A stretch of DNA of 64,000 nucleotides. Source: the human T2T-CHM13v2.0 reference genome, Homo sapiens. The notes under the pieces are model-generated. The model was not told where the DNA came from. It did no database searches and saw only the letters and a program-made list of their open reading frames with translations. The stretch lies in the NCBI RefSeq assembly GCF_009914755.1, contig NC_060939.1; one strand, given 5' to 3'. How positions within the stretch are numbered: the stretch's first letter is position 1; every line of letters starts with the position of its first letter. The position numbers and the translations under genes were made by a program. Shown here in pieces: positions 37,951 through 52,629 of this stretch.

Positions 37951-39930
37951 CTCATTGGAAACCAAACCTAATCTCAACTCACACCCATGCAATCTCCCAT
38001 TAAGATCTATTTACTTATCCAAAAGACCACCTAAAATGAACTGCAAATCTGCTAGAGGACAGAATAACAGCTGGCCAAGGACAAAATAACCTAATGGTTG
38101 TGGAAAAGGTCACAGCAGTGACTTCATAATGGAATATAAAATATCATAAAGACAGTCCAAATGGGCTAACGTAGGACTGTATGGCTAGGAACTTCTAGAG
38201 CTGCCTGCTGCTGATACCTGGGACTTACCTCAAGTGATGAGAGCATTGTTTGTAGGAGAAAAGTATAGGGTTCATCCTAATTTGAATCAGTTGCTATCTT
38301 TCCTGTGCCGTGGCATCAGAGGTATCTGTTGTCAACCAGGGCACCTTCTAAATTCTTGTGCCACTGTTACCGAGCAGAACCAGAAGGAAGTGTAGTGGAG
38401 ATGGCTGGCCACAATCCATCACTGCTTCTAGAACCACACCTCAGAGCACATGCTAAGTACTTCTATGTTCACACCACCCAAGCACAGAGAAGGCATTAAT
38501 GCAATTATCATACAGGAAAGTCAGGTTTGATAGGCAGAGCAGTAGAAATGATGTAGTGATTCTGTGGAAGTCACTGTGACATTAATAACTATATTCACTA
38601 TTCATCAGAGACCAGAATTTGAACTATGGCAAAGCTATCTTAGAGTCTCATTCAGGAGGTTGGTTTGAATCACTGAAGTTCCATAGAGGGTTTGATTCAA
38701 GATGGCCTCATTTATAAGTCCCAAGGTCAAGAACCAGAGGCATTATAGTGAAATCCTAGCATATACACAGTCAGCACCAAGTAGGCCTGCTTCCCCATCT
38801 TCCGTCTCCATCCTTCACGTGCCGTGATGCCACCTTCCCCTTCACACAAAGCATGGCCCCGAAGAACAGCGAACTGGTACCCCAGCAGCCTGACTCTCCC
38901 AGAACCTCCTCTTCTGTGACATACAGGAATTGGGTTAGCTAATTTCTAACATCTTTCCACTTCTAACATTTAAATCTAAGATTGTCTTTAGTAGGTATAG
39001 TTTAGATGTACCTTGTCTGATTATTGGGCAGAACAAGCAGCGGCCATCCAGAATAACATGAAGAGTATCCTTACTGAAAAACTCTCTCCCCTTCTTCCTA
39101 TCACAGTTCCTGAAATTCTAGCATTATAAATATATTCCTTTGGGCTTCAAAGCCCTTTTAAATTCTTAAAAGGCTTTAAATTCTATGAAAAGGCAGGTAA
39201 CTCTGAAAACAATTTAAGCCTTCACTAGTTCTCACCTTAGGCAGGGCCAATTGGTCAGACCGCTTTCCAAATATGAGGAAGCCACAGGCCCTATGGGAAA
39301 GGAACACTGGATGGGGATGGAGTGGATCCCAGTCTACCCAACAGTAGGAACTATGTCTCATTCATGGCCATAAATCATGTCCTAGTACTGGCACATGCTT
39401 GGCACTTTTTACATTTTCTTTTCTTTTAGAAGGAAGGAAAGAAAAAAGGAAAAAAGAAGAAAGGCAGGATTAATGAATGAACAAACCAGAAATTACTACT
39501 GAGAGTATTTTCCACACCTGACCTGGTCAGCATATCCCCAAGGGCACCTTTTCAACTTGGGTCCCGGGTGCTAAAAACAACCCCTGTTCTCAAGGGGCAA
39601 TTTCCAGCCTGGCTGCTGACTTCCCTTAGCTCAGAGAGGGCCCTTGCTATCACTGAGGACTATTCAGGGACTGAGGCAGCCCAGGCCATTGCAATGCTGA
39701 GTCCTGCACCAGTTCTAGGCGCTACACTTTTTTTAAGCACTTGATTTAAATGAAGAAAGAAATTGGCTTATATTTTTAGCAGCTCCTGCTACTAAAACTC
39801 ATTTGACAAAAGTGCCAAAGGGACAGTTAAGTCTGAGTATGATTTTTTTTTTTTCCCATGGAGGAGGAGGAGGGTATAATTTATCTGAAAATGACTGGTA
39901 CTTTCCTGGCCTGGGGACATTATTCTACCT

Positions 39931-39931
<1 letters not shown>

Positions 39932-39973
<42 letters not shown>
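39932..39973. repeat. (CT)21 microsatellite
   Basis: Direct reading. Confidence 0.95.
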
Positions 39974-39975
<2 letters not shown>

Positions 39976-42900
39976 AAAGACACACCTGTTCTTTTCCTTC
40001 CCATCAAATTCCAAGCTTAAGATATTTACTGTCTTCAGGTTTAGTTCCTAAACCCTAAGACAATCTCAGAAAGGGAAAGGTATATAATTGGAGTCTGGAA
40101 ACGCCATAACTTTCAGTAACATTTTAGAATTAGCAGCATCTAAGTGGGTATACCAAAGCCCTCCGTGATGTGAGTATAATATCAAGTTCTTGTAGGAGTA
40201 TAACATTAAGCCCAGTTGAAAAACAATATTAACGCCATTTCTACATGTACTGGGTATCAGATTCAAAGTGTATGACTTCAGAGTGCCCCAAGCCCCTCTT
40301 CCCAATGTTTCTATTACTGACTTGCTTAGTATCTACCTGAGGTCCCCTCCATTACAGCTATGGGGAGAAATTCTTTTTTCTTTTTCAGGGCTGAGGCACT
40401 GTTCTGTCAGAAGGCTCTGCTAAAATACACATATATTACTTTTGAAAGTCACATATTAACCCAATGCTTTCCAAACGTAAATGACTTCAAACAATGCGTT
40501 AGCTCGTGGAAATTGAGTCTTGAAAGAACAGGAGCTTTAGGGCTGCTAAGAAAATGTCTGGCACGTAAAAAAATCCAAAATGAACTCATTTGTTTATTTG
40601 TTATTTGGAAACTTTTCCCCAGAAACACAAAGTTATGAAGAGTGGTTATGTTCCCAGAGGACAGTCTGAAAAAATATGTTTTATAACCATAATGTAATTG
40701 AAGTGTACTCCTAAAGGGTATCCCTGAACCACACTGCATGGCCAGGCTTCCAAGGGAAACTGTGTTCAGACAACCAGCTTGGAAGGCCAGGACCCCAGAT
40801 TCCTGCTGCTGGGACATGGCGGGTGTTGGAGCTGCCTCCTGGGAGAGAGGGGGCTCCTGAGGAATCTGGGTTGGGTGAGCAGCTGCCTGTGCGGGTCCCT
40901 GGGAAGAGGCCAGCTGCATGTATGGATGTTTGCTCCGCGTGAGCCTGGGGCTGCTGATTATTGCTGCTTCCAGTTCCAATCCTATAAAGGATTCTTGAAG
41001 ACTCCTTTATAGCAGTCAGGACCATTACAGCTGTCAAAAAACGATGACAACTACTGTTTGAGATGTTTTATAGACAGCCAGGTATAACCGCTCATTCATG
41101 TTAGTAACCCCTGGTATAGTGGTTGGCATGTATTTGGTGCTCAATTAGTACTGGATGAAGTAAGACAGATTCGTGTACATATCAGAGAAAAACTAGTACC
41201 AACTATGTTGGACATTTCATTGAAGAGGGTCACTAGGGTGAAGAACAGGCAATGCCAGGAGTGGTGGGCACTGCACCTGGAAAAGGTATAAGGCAGGAGG
41301 CGGGCAGGGAGCTGACACTTGAGGAGACAGCTATGAGGGAGTGGCGGTAGCTGTGAGGAGCAGGAGGGAGTGCTGCTGGTGGGAAAGTCAGGGTCAGGAG
41401 AGGCAGCACCCTTCCCTATCCTTTCAGCCTTGACTCAGTGTCTCAGCCTGGCGCAGGCAAGTAAAGAGACATGGTAGGTGAAGAAGGTGGCCCTGCCAAT
41501 CTAGTAATCAGTTCCAGGTAGAGAAAGTCTTGGGTTGGGCCCAAAGTACTTCAAAGGGCTCCAGAAGGAAAGAGAATCTATGAGGAGGACAAGGGAAGGG
41601 AAGGGGAAGTGAAGACACTCTAGTGCACGTAAAGTCTGGATTTAGCTACAGTGTGGGGGTCTGTTCATTTCCAGCATCTCTGGGTGGCTAGTGACTGAGG
41701 CCGCTGAGTGTGGAGAGGACACACCCTCTGAAAGCCCCCACACAGGGGAGAGTGCACCACTCTGCCTGGTTCAGGCGCATGGGGCCTCTGTGACCCTCAA
41801 AGAGAAAGCTCCTGGGAGGCACTGGGGCAGAAACCATACGGGATATTTCTTTATAACCTTCGGAAGAAAGTAATAAAAGTCAAGTCTTCGTTAATAGCTT
41901 CTCTAAGGACCACCTCTTTACATTTTCCTTCTCTCTCTTCTTCCTGATTCCCATTGATTTTGATTCTCTCTCATGATCAGACAACGGCTCTCCACCAGTA
42001 GTTCTCTAGGCTCTCTCAAACCTCTGTAAAGGTGCAGAATTCATTTGCATTCATTATGGTCTCAGGGCAACTCATTTACTTTCATCTTGCAATATCCAAA
42101 GAGTTGCTCATTTACTTAGATCATTTAAGGGTTTCCAGAAATCCTGCAAAGAAGACATCAGGTGTCCCTCTCCCCCTAAAACTTTCAGAAGAAGTTTTGC
42201 ACACCCCATGGGTCGGGGGGAGTGATGCCTTGGAGCCAGTGAGAGAACCAGTCAGACAGAGCATTCAGTAAGAACCTATCAGGGAGGAGATGCCTTTCTT
42301 CTGGCCCACTCTGGTTCAAGCCTCACCTTCGCTTACCTGGACTGCTGCCAGCCTGGAGACAGGAGATGCCTCCAGGAGTTTTGCAGCAGGAAGGCTTCAT
42401 CCCCACTGGCATTTATTTATACCTTAGGGCTAATGGAATTCAGCAGGTCACTGCTGCCCGGAGCACCGGCCTGTTCAACTCTACATCTCACCGGGATGGA
42501 CGATTCCCTCCTCAGTCCCTGTATCAGTGAGCAGGGGGCAGTGAGGGTGACAGAGGGCCTTTTCAGGACCTTTGAGGTCACGTCTTAGAGGTTTTAACTT
42601 CCACCTCCACATGGGCCCGATTCTGCCAAAAAATAGTTGTCTGGCCACATCTCTAGCTTGAGTTCTAGTCCCACAGGATCCCCACATTGACTAGGAAGAA
42701 ACTTCACACATCTGGAGGCCTCCACCAGTGACTCCTTCCAGAGTCATCTGTTCCTTACATGGTATAAGCTCGCCAGGACAGCACATGGAAAGAGTTTGTC
42801 AGTTCTTCCATGAGCCATTGTCATTTTATGAAGCAATCCGCTGAAAGGGTAGGGCCCAGACACTTGAGATTCCTACCAGGAGATGGAAGAAATCTCACAG

Positions 42901-43369
42901 AGCACCAGAAAACTCCGGAATAAAAGGCCAGTGCTGGTGATGATCTCTGGCTTCCGTTCATTGGTAAATTCACACATTTATTAATGTCTTCAGTGAACAC
43001 ATACTTTATTCACAACACCAGAAGACAATTAACATACTGTCTTAGCAGTAGTTAATGTCTCCCTACTGTACTGTAGTCTTCTCATGGTGACCTAGGCTTT
43101 ACTTAGTTTAGCACTGTGCTTGGCATACAGTGGGAGCACAACAAATAGCTCTGAGTAATGAATGAATAAACAAATAAATGAACAAACAACTTTAAAGATA
43201 TCCCACTGAGCACATGACTTTGTGTTAGAACTCACTCAAAGGTGAGGAGTCATACCATTTGTCTTGGATTTTTGTAGAAAATATCTACTTCCATCCATAC
43301 CTTCACCCATTTTTTAAATAGTAGTTTTGCGCTTATTCTTTTTAAAAATAAAAAACTTTATTTATAATT

Positions 43370-43670
43370 GTAATATGTATTGGCATTCAAATAGAAGAAA
43401 GAATTATTTATTTAGAAAATGTGGGAAAATACAGATCAGCTTAAGGAATAAACCAAAACTTGTCCACAATCTCACAAACTCTGTTAACATTTTGGATAAT
43501 TTTCTGCCACTGTTTTTTTCTGTATATAAAAATTTACAAAATTGGGATCATGCTGCAGATGCAGTTTTAGATATTGATTTTTCCACTTAACATTATATCG
43601 TGAGCATTTTACCACATCATTAAATATTCTTTGAAAATGTTACACTTAATCGCTGCATAATATTATATTA
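43370..43670 (-). mobile_element. Old L1ME-type 3' fragment
   Basis: CTGTTAACATTTTGGATAATTTTCT...AAAATTGGGATCATGCTG...TTTTCCACTTAACATTATATCGTGAGCATTTT. Confidence 0.6.
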
Positions 43671-45259
43671 TAGCTCTTCGATTCTTAACTAAGGCAGATT
43701 TATTGTCCTTAATAAATCCCTAAATCACTACACAACTGAAATTGTTCCCTGGCTTCTGTAACTGTCTTAGTGGCTGATGCAGATTGAAAACTTTTACAAT
43801 ATGACAAGTACTTCCAGGCAAGAAAAGCTGTTTCAAGTATGGCTGGATCTCATCTCCAGCTTTTTCCTCCTCAAAGCTACTAATTCATACAAGCATACTA
43901 ATGGCTTTGGAATGTTTATTCTCTTAAAATTGGAGGCTCTAGGGTACACAAGAAAACAGGCACAGAATGTGATGAGAAACACATGGCAAGTGTCTAGTTG
44001 ATTCACAAAACACTCAAGATTTTCTTGGGCATGAGGGACCACACCTCAATTTAATGGAACAGAAATATTTTAGTTCTCTACAGTAAAGTGTTGTTGCTAA
44101 AAATATATGTGTGTGCATGCACGTGTGTGTGTGTATGTGTGTGGATCCATCAAAAAGAGAAACCCCAATTCAACATAGACACACAGCTATGCACTTGTAT
44201 AGTCAGCGAGGAGACTAAGAATACCTGGAGAGGCGATAGTGAAAGAGAAGCAGATGAAGGGCCTTTACAGTTTGGGGAACATTAAATAAGCTGTGTCTTC
44301 GGCTCTCTTCTAATGAACAACTAGTTTCCAAATGTTACTGTATTCTCTTTCACTCCCTGGGTCTCATCCTTTTCCAATCCAGTCTTCTTTGCCTTGAAGC
44401 TGGAGCATTTGACAGGGTCTATTGAAACTTCTAATGAGGGGAGGTTACATGGAGAGCTCACTCCAGAACAGCCAGGACAAAGATGGGATGGTATGCCTCG
44501 CAGGGGTCACCCTCACGACTCAGTGGTCACACCTGTGTCCTCTGGCTCATTCTCTCCTGACATCCCAGCTTGAGAGTGGATACTACCTCCTAATAGCAAA
44601 GGACACACAACAGACATCTCTCCTAGAAAGCTATTTCTGGGCTGCTCATTGGCCACTTCAATGGAAAATCTTCCCTGGAGGTCAGGTCTGAGGCAGGTCC
44701 TTACATTTGCTATAGGTGAGTCTCCTAGAAGCTCACAGTTATATAGCTCTGATAATATTTTAATACAAAACACCATATCCATGCATTTGTCCCCACCTCA
44801 TTTGGGTATTTTGAGTTGAGGGAGAGAGACACCACACTCTCCAGATGAATCTTTCTCAAGTGCTTTTTCATCACGTCATTTCACGACTCTTGAACTCAAA
44901 ACCATTCCGGTGACCTACTGGAATGCACCTTAGTGTCTGTGTCTGGCCAAAATGGTATGTTGCAATCAATTCTGAGGATGTCAGAAGAAATACTTGTGGC
45001 TGATTAATACTTTTAAAAACAAGCGAGTAAGGTTCAAGGTTGCCCCTATAAAACATCACTCTCAGATATGCCTCCTAAATTGGGAAAAAGGTGAAGTGGC
45101 AGCTAATATGGTAGGAGGTACACAAAGCCTACAACCTGACCTTCTGGGACAGTGTCTGCTGAGCTGCATTTACGGATACAGCACCATCAGCCACACGAAT
45201 GCCTGCTAACTATTCTCTCGACCAACAAAAAAATTTGTATGTTATCGCAAAGACAGCTA

Positions 45260-45805
45260 GCTGTGGCTCAATATCTATTATCCCCTTCTTCCATAGCCAG
45301 AATAAAGACCATATTTTCCATCCTTTCTTGCAGCTTAGTGCAACTTGGTGACAAAATTCTAGAAAATGAGATGTAACTACAAATGAAGCACACAACTTTC
45401 AGGTGGGGCCCTAGAAAGAGGCTGACAATCTGCACTCCCAAGCCTATCCCACACCACCCCTCCAGTTTGCCAGGAATTTTCCTGGTTTTAGCATTAAGAG
45501 TCCTGTGTCCTGGGAAATCCGGTAGTCTGGGCAAAACTGGGATATTAGTCACCTACCTCCCCATTTCCCTCTTTCCTCAGCCTATTTCCTGGAGTATGGA
45601 CTTGGTGGTGAGCCACCTTGAACATGCAAATAAAGGCAGACCCCAAGAAAGACAGGAGAAGCCTGGGACCCTGCCAGCTTCATGGAGCACAACTGTTACT
45701 CCAGCTCAGACTTCGATGTAAAGGACAAATCAATTTCCATGTTGTTTAAACTACTAATTTTTGAGGTTTGTAGCATACTCTTAGACATCTATACCCAAAC
45801 TAATG
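45260..45805 (+). mobile_element. Old MaLR LTR (MLT1J/K-like) interrupted by MER81
   Basis: CTTGCAGCTTAG...GTGACAAAATTCTAGAAAATGAGATGTAA and AAGACAGGAGAAGCCTGGGACCCTG...TTGTTTAAACTACT. Confidence 0.55.
45452..45555. mobile_element. MER81-like (hAT-Blackjack) MITE
   Basis: CCAGTTTGCCAGGAATTTTCCTGGTTTTAGCATTAAGAGTCCTGTGTCCTGGGAAA...CTGGGCAAAACTGGGATATTAGTCACCTA. Confidence 0.7.
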
Positions 45806-46059
45806 TATCTAATTGCATAGTTTACCTTGCTGATGAAAAAAAAAATGGAGGTGGGGTGGAGAGTCGATTCATCAAAATTTAAATATGCCAGAGGAAAAGT
45901 GTCATTCCCAAAAACATCATCTGTCACATTTTGTTGAGGAAAAAATGTTGGGCAATTTTATAGGACTGAAGTCCGAGGCTTTACCTGGCATTTCTCTCCT
46001 GCTGTTACCATGCCTACACTGTGTCTCCCGCCATCCAGCCTTCTCCTCGTCCCATCTAA

Positions 46060-46692
<633 letters not shown>

Positions 46693-46949
46693 TGAGTCTT
46701 CTTCCTGGGTCCTTCCTTTCTATGTCCCTTTCTCATTTGCTACTCTCCAGTTAAAAAACTCTTCTCTTTTCCCTTAAGTTCACCAAACCACCAAGCCCAA
46801 TCTCCTTTACCGTTTTTTGTTACCATGATTTCATCCTTTTCTGGAATCTGGCAACACCTCTATGAATTTGGCATATAATTACTAATATCTTTGTACTGTC
46901 TTTTTCATGTATTTAAGTCTTGTATCTCTGGAAAGGTTCTAAGATCCAG

Positions 46950-47170
46950 GGAGGAAGAGTGGTTGAGAGAACATAGCTTAGGAGTTAGAAGATCTGGACT
47001 GAAGTCTGGGTTCCAAGACTTGCCTCTTGGGTGGCCTTGGATGTCAGTTTCCTCATTTATAATGTGACGGTGATTATAACTCCTCTGCCTTTGCACCATG
47101 AGGTTGTGAGAACTGGACACTATAGGAATACATCATCAACCAGTAAGCACCTTAGCCATGCTAATTGTTC
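46950..47170 (+). mobile_element. MIR SINE
   Basis: GGAGTTAGAAGATCTGG...TCAGTTTCCTCATTTATAA...GGTTGTGAGAA. Confidence 0.65.
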
Positions 47171-49699
47171 TTCAGAAGCTATCCTTTCTCTAATGTCCCA
47201 CTGGACAGCCCTAGCATGCTTACCACAGTGCTGGGGATGTAGTGAATGACAGCCCCATAAATCTTTGTACAATGGATGAGGAAAAAAGGTAAAAATAACA
47301 GTTCCTCAAATATTATAAAACTGCATAGAAAAGTCTCTGCCTGGACATCTCCTTCAAATGCAAAGAAGGCACAAAATAGCGGTACATGTCAAACTGAGGT
47401 CTCAAACCCCAGTTCAGGGGCAACCTTGAACCTTACTCTCATGTTTTCATTTCTGAGTGGTTTTAAAAGCTAAATGACTCCTTAATTCATGGTAATAAAG
47501 TCTAAGTCAATAATGCTACAGATCCAAGGTTAGTTCCTGTGAACAGCGGCACCACCCTTCTCAGCCTCAAGTCCGTGTGCTCCATACCTTGACATGAACA
47601 CGAGTAAAAATCAAAATGGCCCCAGATATGTCCTAGGATGCCAAGAAAGAAGTGGCTTCTACTCAGCAAGCTGCAAAGAGAGTTGCTATTTTCAGGTGCT
47701 CTCTAGTTTGGCAGATTACCAAGGTGATGATATTAAGCTTAAGACTGCCTGTTAATGGAATGATAAATGTGAGAAATTCAGTGAGGCCACTTAAGCAAAC
47801 ACCAACTGAAGGATAAAAAGCATCACAAAGCCCATGGGGGAAGAATTCAGATGCAGATTTGCCCAGCAGCCCAATGGACCTACTTCCATCCCCCGATGAG
47901 GGGCTGCGCATTTGTTGAGGGGAAGTCATTTTGTTCGCATCTGAGAGTGACACAGCGACCCCTCGACAATGCTGAGACCTAGGCCCAATGCCTCGAGTTT
48001 TCCTTGCTTGTTCCCCTTTTCCCCTCTCACACTGCAATAGTATATTTTCCTTCAGGACCCTCATCTTCGCAGGATTTTTTTTTTCCCTCCAAAAAAAAAC
48101 TATCTTTGTTTTCAGAATAGGAGTCGACAAGCTCGGCATCACTGAATTATAAATGATTAGTAGTTATGTTTCCTAGATATATTTAGAGCTTTAAAGGGAT
48201 TGGAGGTTCTTAAACACAGAACGTGGACTTGTAATTGTGAAGCTCAAGTGTCTACAAGACCGGGTAGCAGTGGTATTGTAAGGGAAAGTGGTTTTGAAGG
48301 GAGAGACACCCCAGTCACTTCAGAATAACATCATTTGGCTGCTGTCTTGGCTGCATCTGCACAAAGTGGGACCAGAACACTGCACACAAATTGCTCTGAT
48401 CAAATCAAGGGGCCCTAAAGGAGATCAGGCTTGGCTTAAAAGCTCTTGGGCTATGAGTTAATAAGAATTTTAATAAAAATGGAAAGTATAGCCTGGGGCC
48501 ATGGTACAATATCTCTCTGGGTTGCTGGTGTTCTATCAGTCAATCATATAATCTTTCTGACGTTACTAAAACGAAGAGGGTAAGCAAAAACTGTGTGGAC
48601 CAAAGATTTCAAAAACAGAACCTACAGAAACACCATCAGCTCTCTGATTGGCCTTCCAGAGCCAGGAGATATACCTAAAAGTGAAGTCTTCCCCAGAATG
48701 TGAGACACCAGTGAAAACGACCTGTGCCCAACTCACTTCACATCACAAAGCAGTTTCCATACACATATAACTCTCATGGCAATCGTGATTTCAGGTTATG
48801 ACCATCTCTATTTTACAGGTGAAGAGTCTGAGGATGGGGTGTGGGAGCCTTGATCCAGGTCTTTGACTCTTACTTCCCTCTCCAAACTCCTCAGTAGCTT
48901 ATTTGTACATTTGAACTCAAGCTATTGAATCGTTACGATCCTCTGCTTTGGTTTACTATTCTGACATGCAACCAAGTAGATGACTGGCCTCTGTCATTTG
49001 ATTCAACTCTAAAGCCAGAAAATATTATTAATTCACCTTACCTCCAAGAATTGGCATTGATATGAAAACTTATTACTGATTTAAAAACAAATAGCTTCCC
49101 TGGTATTTGTTTTTGTCTGCAAAACTCAAGTTCTGCGATACTCAAGGCATACATGAATACCTAGAGTGTTGCCCGATCACTTACTTACTTCATTACACTG
49201 ACCTCTTTTAGGGTGTCCACCAGTGACAGGCATATTTCTTATGGTTAAGCATTGGTCACAACAGTTTACATGCAAACTTGGTTTGTTTTTGAAATAGATG
49301 GCATTTAGCCGAAAGTCTAGTCTATGTGGTGTACCGTTAGTCAGCATGTGCTGGCGTAAATGTCATTCCGTGGGAAAAGAGCACCCCCAGGCAGGACTAT
49401 GATGTGGCTTGAAACATCCCTCAAAGATCTGGGCTGGCCACATTGCTTTATGTGCAGATGGAGAGAGGAGACAAAAAAAAGGAACTTCCGTCTTGCTCTG
49501 GATTTTTTAAAACATGTACAATGACAGAAGGAGAAGAGATGTAAATTCAAGGACACTGGTTGTCCTTGAATTTCTCGGACCATTCTTTATCCTTGCCACA
49601 GACTCCTCCCTCTCTGCCTGTCCAGAAGTGAAGGTCCCACAGGCTTCCTTGAGCAGTAGGCTGGTCATCCCATGCTCCACACTTTCCCTGGACACTAAG

Positions 49700-50180
49700 A
49701 AAATCCCCAGCATCAATCTCTAAGCAGAGCTCTCCCTGGGTCTAAGCTCCCTCTCCGATGGCTCCCTGAACACTTCCACCCACACGTTCAGCGGGGACTC
49801 CAGACATAGCATTGTCAGAATCAAACTCAGCCTTCTTGCCTAACCTACTGTTTCCCAGGTTTTCCATCTTAGCTGGAGACGCCTCCATTTAACCCCTGCA
49901 GGAAAGCTGAGAATCTCTACCATCAGCCCTCTTCATCATAGCTCATGTCCATTAGTCACTGAATACTCCATGAGCTCTCTCCTAAAATATCCTCCAATCA
50001 GCTCCCCCCTCTGCCCTCCCACCTTTACTCTCCTAGGTTAGGCTGTCCATGTCTTTTGCTTTACTCTTAGGCACCAGCCCACATTCTTGTGTACATTGCA
50101 GCCAGCAATGCTTCTACATAGCAAATCTGACCAGGGCCTTTCCCTGTTGAAAAATCCTTCAGTGGCTCCCTAAACTCATG
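49700..50180 (+). mobile_element. L2 fragment
   Basis: AGCAAATCTGACCAGGG...CCCTGTTGAAAAATCCTTCAGTGGCTCCC and upstream L2 body. Confidence 0.65.
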
Positions 50181-50213
50181 CTCACATACAAAATTCATAT
50201 TCATACCTTGACC

Positions 50214-50354
<141 letters not shown>

Positions 50355-51827
50355 TGACTTTTAAGGCCCTCTTGAACTTTGTCTTTGGCCCTTCCTTCCT
50401 GTCACTGAAACTCTTTCTTTCTTATTCATTTTCTTTCCCATATTTCCTATGTTTGTGTCAATATATCAAATTAGAAAAAGCAACTGACTAGGAAAAAAAT
50501 GAAGCCTATTTGATTGAGGTGATTCCAGATGTGAAATGAAGCTTGGCGAACACCAGCTCCTCTACAGGTGGGGCTTTAATAATTACGAAGCAAGAAGGAT
50601 GCACATATATCAATCAATGCGCACGCAGCACACTGCCAACCTCACCCCTCCTTGCACACGTCAATACAGGCTCAGGCTTGGTAGCAGGTACTACAAGTTC
50701 CACATGTGAAAAACACAAAGCAAGAAAATCGCCACCTCCTGCCCTGCCTTCCATGGGGAGCCTGTTTGGAGTGTAGGGGCGCACCCACTCTAAGTCATGT
50801 CTCAGGCTGGCCTGTAGCCTTGCCCTTGGTTTCCCTGTTGAACACAGCCTTGTGCACCATTTCCCCCGCTAAAGAGCTCACCGGGGACACAGTCCTTACT
50901 GTCTTCATCCGCTGTGAAATCATAAACGGCTCCACTAAACAAGTTAGCATCTGATTGTTTCTTCTCAGGTTGCCAGAAAAAAAAAACAAAAACCTGGATA
51001 TTTGGACACCTCTGGGAGCAACTGAGTTGTCCGCTTTGCATGCAGGCATTTGGCATGTGAAGGTACAGCCTGAAGGACAAGAGCTGCCTCCTTCATGTCT
51101 GTGTCCTTGTTGCCTAGCATGGGAGCTGGCAGAGAAAACGTCTGAAAATACTTGAGAAGGGGCTTTTAGAAATGAACAACCCGGCTCTATCCCATGAAGA
51201 GGAGCGTAGTGGACCATCCAGATCCTTCAAGGCTTGGCTTCCAAGTCCTTCTCTGAATACAGACTCTGTTCTTACTGCCTCTGAGATCCACTCGAGCCAT
51301 CCCAAGTGGTGGGATGAGCTGTGTTCCCTACCCCCTTAGACCTCTATCCTATTGTTTCTGCCACCCCTACTCTCCAGCATGCTGTTCCACACCAGACCTT
51401 AGAGTCTGCTTTATCTACCAACAACCCTAGAAAACAGGTGTAATTTGTTGACCCAGACATGGCCTGGGCTGGGGATTTTACTCTATGACCACATAGCACC
51501 AAACATCTGGAACAGAAAGGGAAAAAGCTCTCCAGCTGTTTCCAGACATCCAGATGTCTGGCATGGGAAAGAGGAACATCCTGCCACCTGCCCCACTGAG
51601 GGTATGCTGTCCAAGCAGACAGGCAGCAGGTCACCGGGCCATGGGGCCAGCCTCTGTGGTGCAGGGCTGCCACTCTGTCTCTGTGCAAGATGAGACTTGA
51701 CCTGAAACCTCCAGACTGAAAGACCCCTCTTTCTGAAGTTTTCTTTAGAAAAAAAAGTGGCAGAAGCCGCAGTAGGTTCATGGGGAACCCCACTCACACC
51801 AGACGTAATGGCGTCTTTTATTTGTAG

Positions 51828-52364
<537 letters not shown>

Positions 52365-52582
52365 TCAACATATATTTTTTAAGTGCTTACGTGTCAGGCA
52401 TTGTAAGAATAGTATTAATATATTGTACCCTTAATGAATATAATGACAATTTTGACTAAACAATAATCACATTAAAGATGATGATAATAATTGAAATTAC
52501 ATATTGACCATTTATGTACCTCACTGAATAATCTCATTTGTATTTCTTTACTTAATTTATCAAACCACACTAAAAATAAATG

Positions 52583-52629
52583 CATTACTTTTAATGGCAA
52601 AAAACGAAATTACTTTTACACCAACCTAA
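52583..52629. mobile_element. Half MADE1 (one terminal inverted repeat) within a MIR relic
   Basis: CATTACTTTTAATGGCAAAAAACGAAATTACTTTTACACCAACCTAA followed by TA. Confidence 0.85.

Noticed and set aside
40449-40979. 176-aa minus-strand ORF
   Set aside because: Non-ATG start, no recognisable homology, no convincing splice boundaries.
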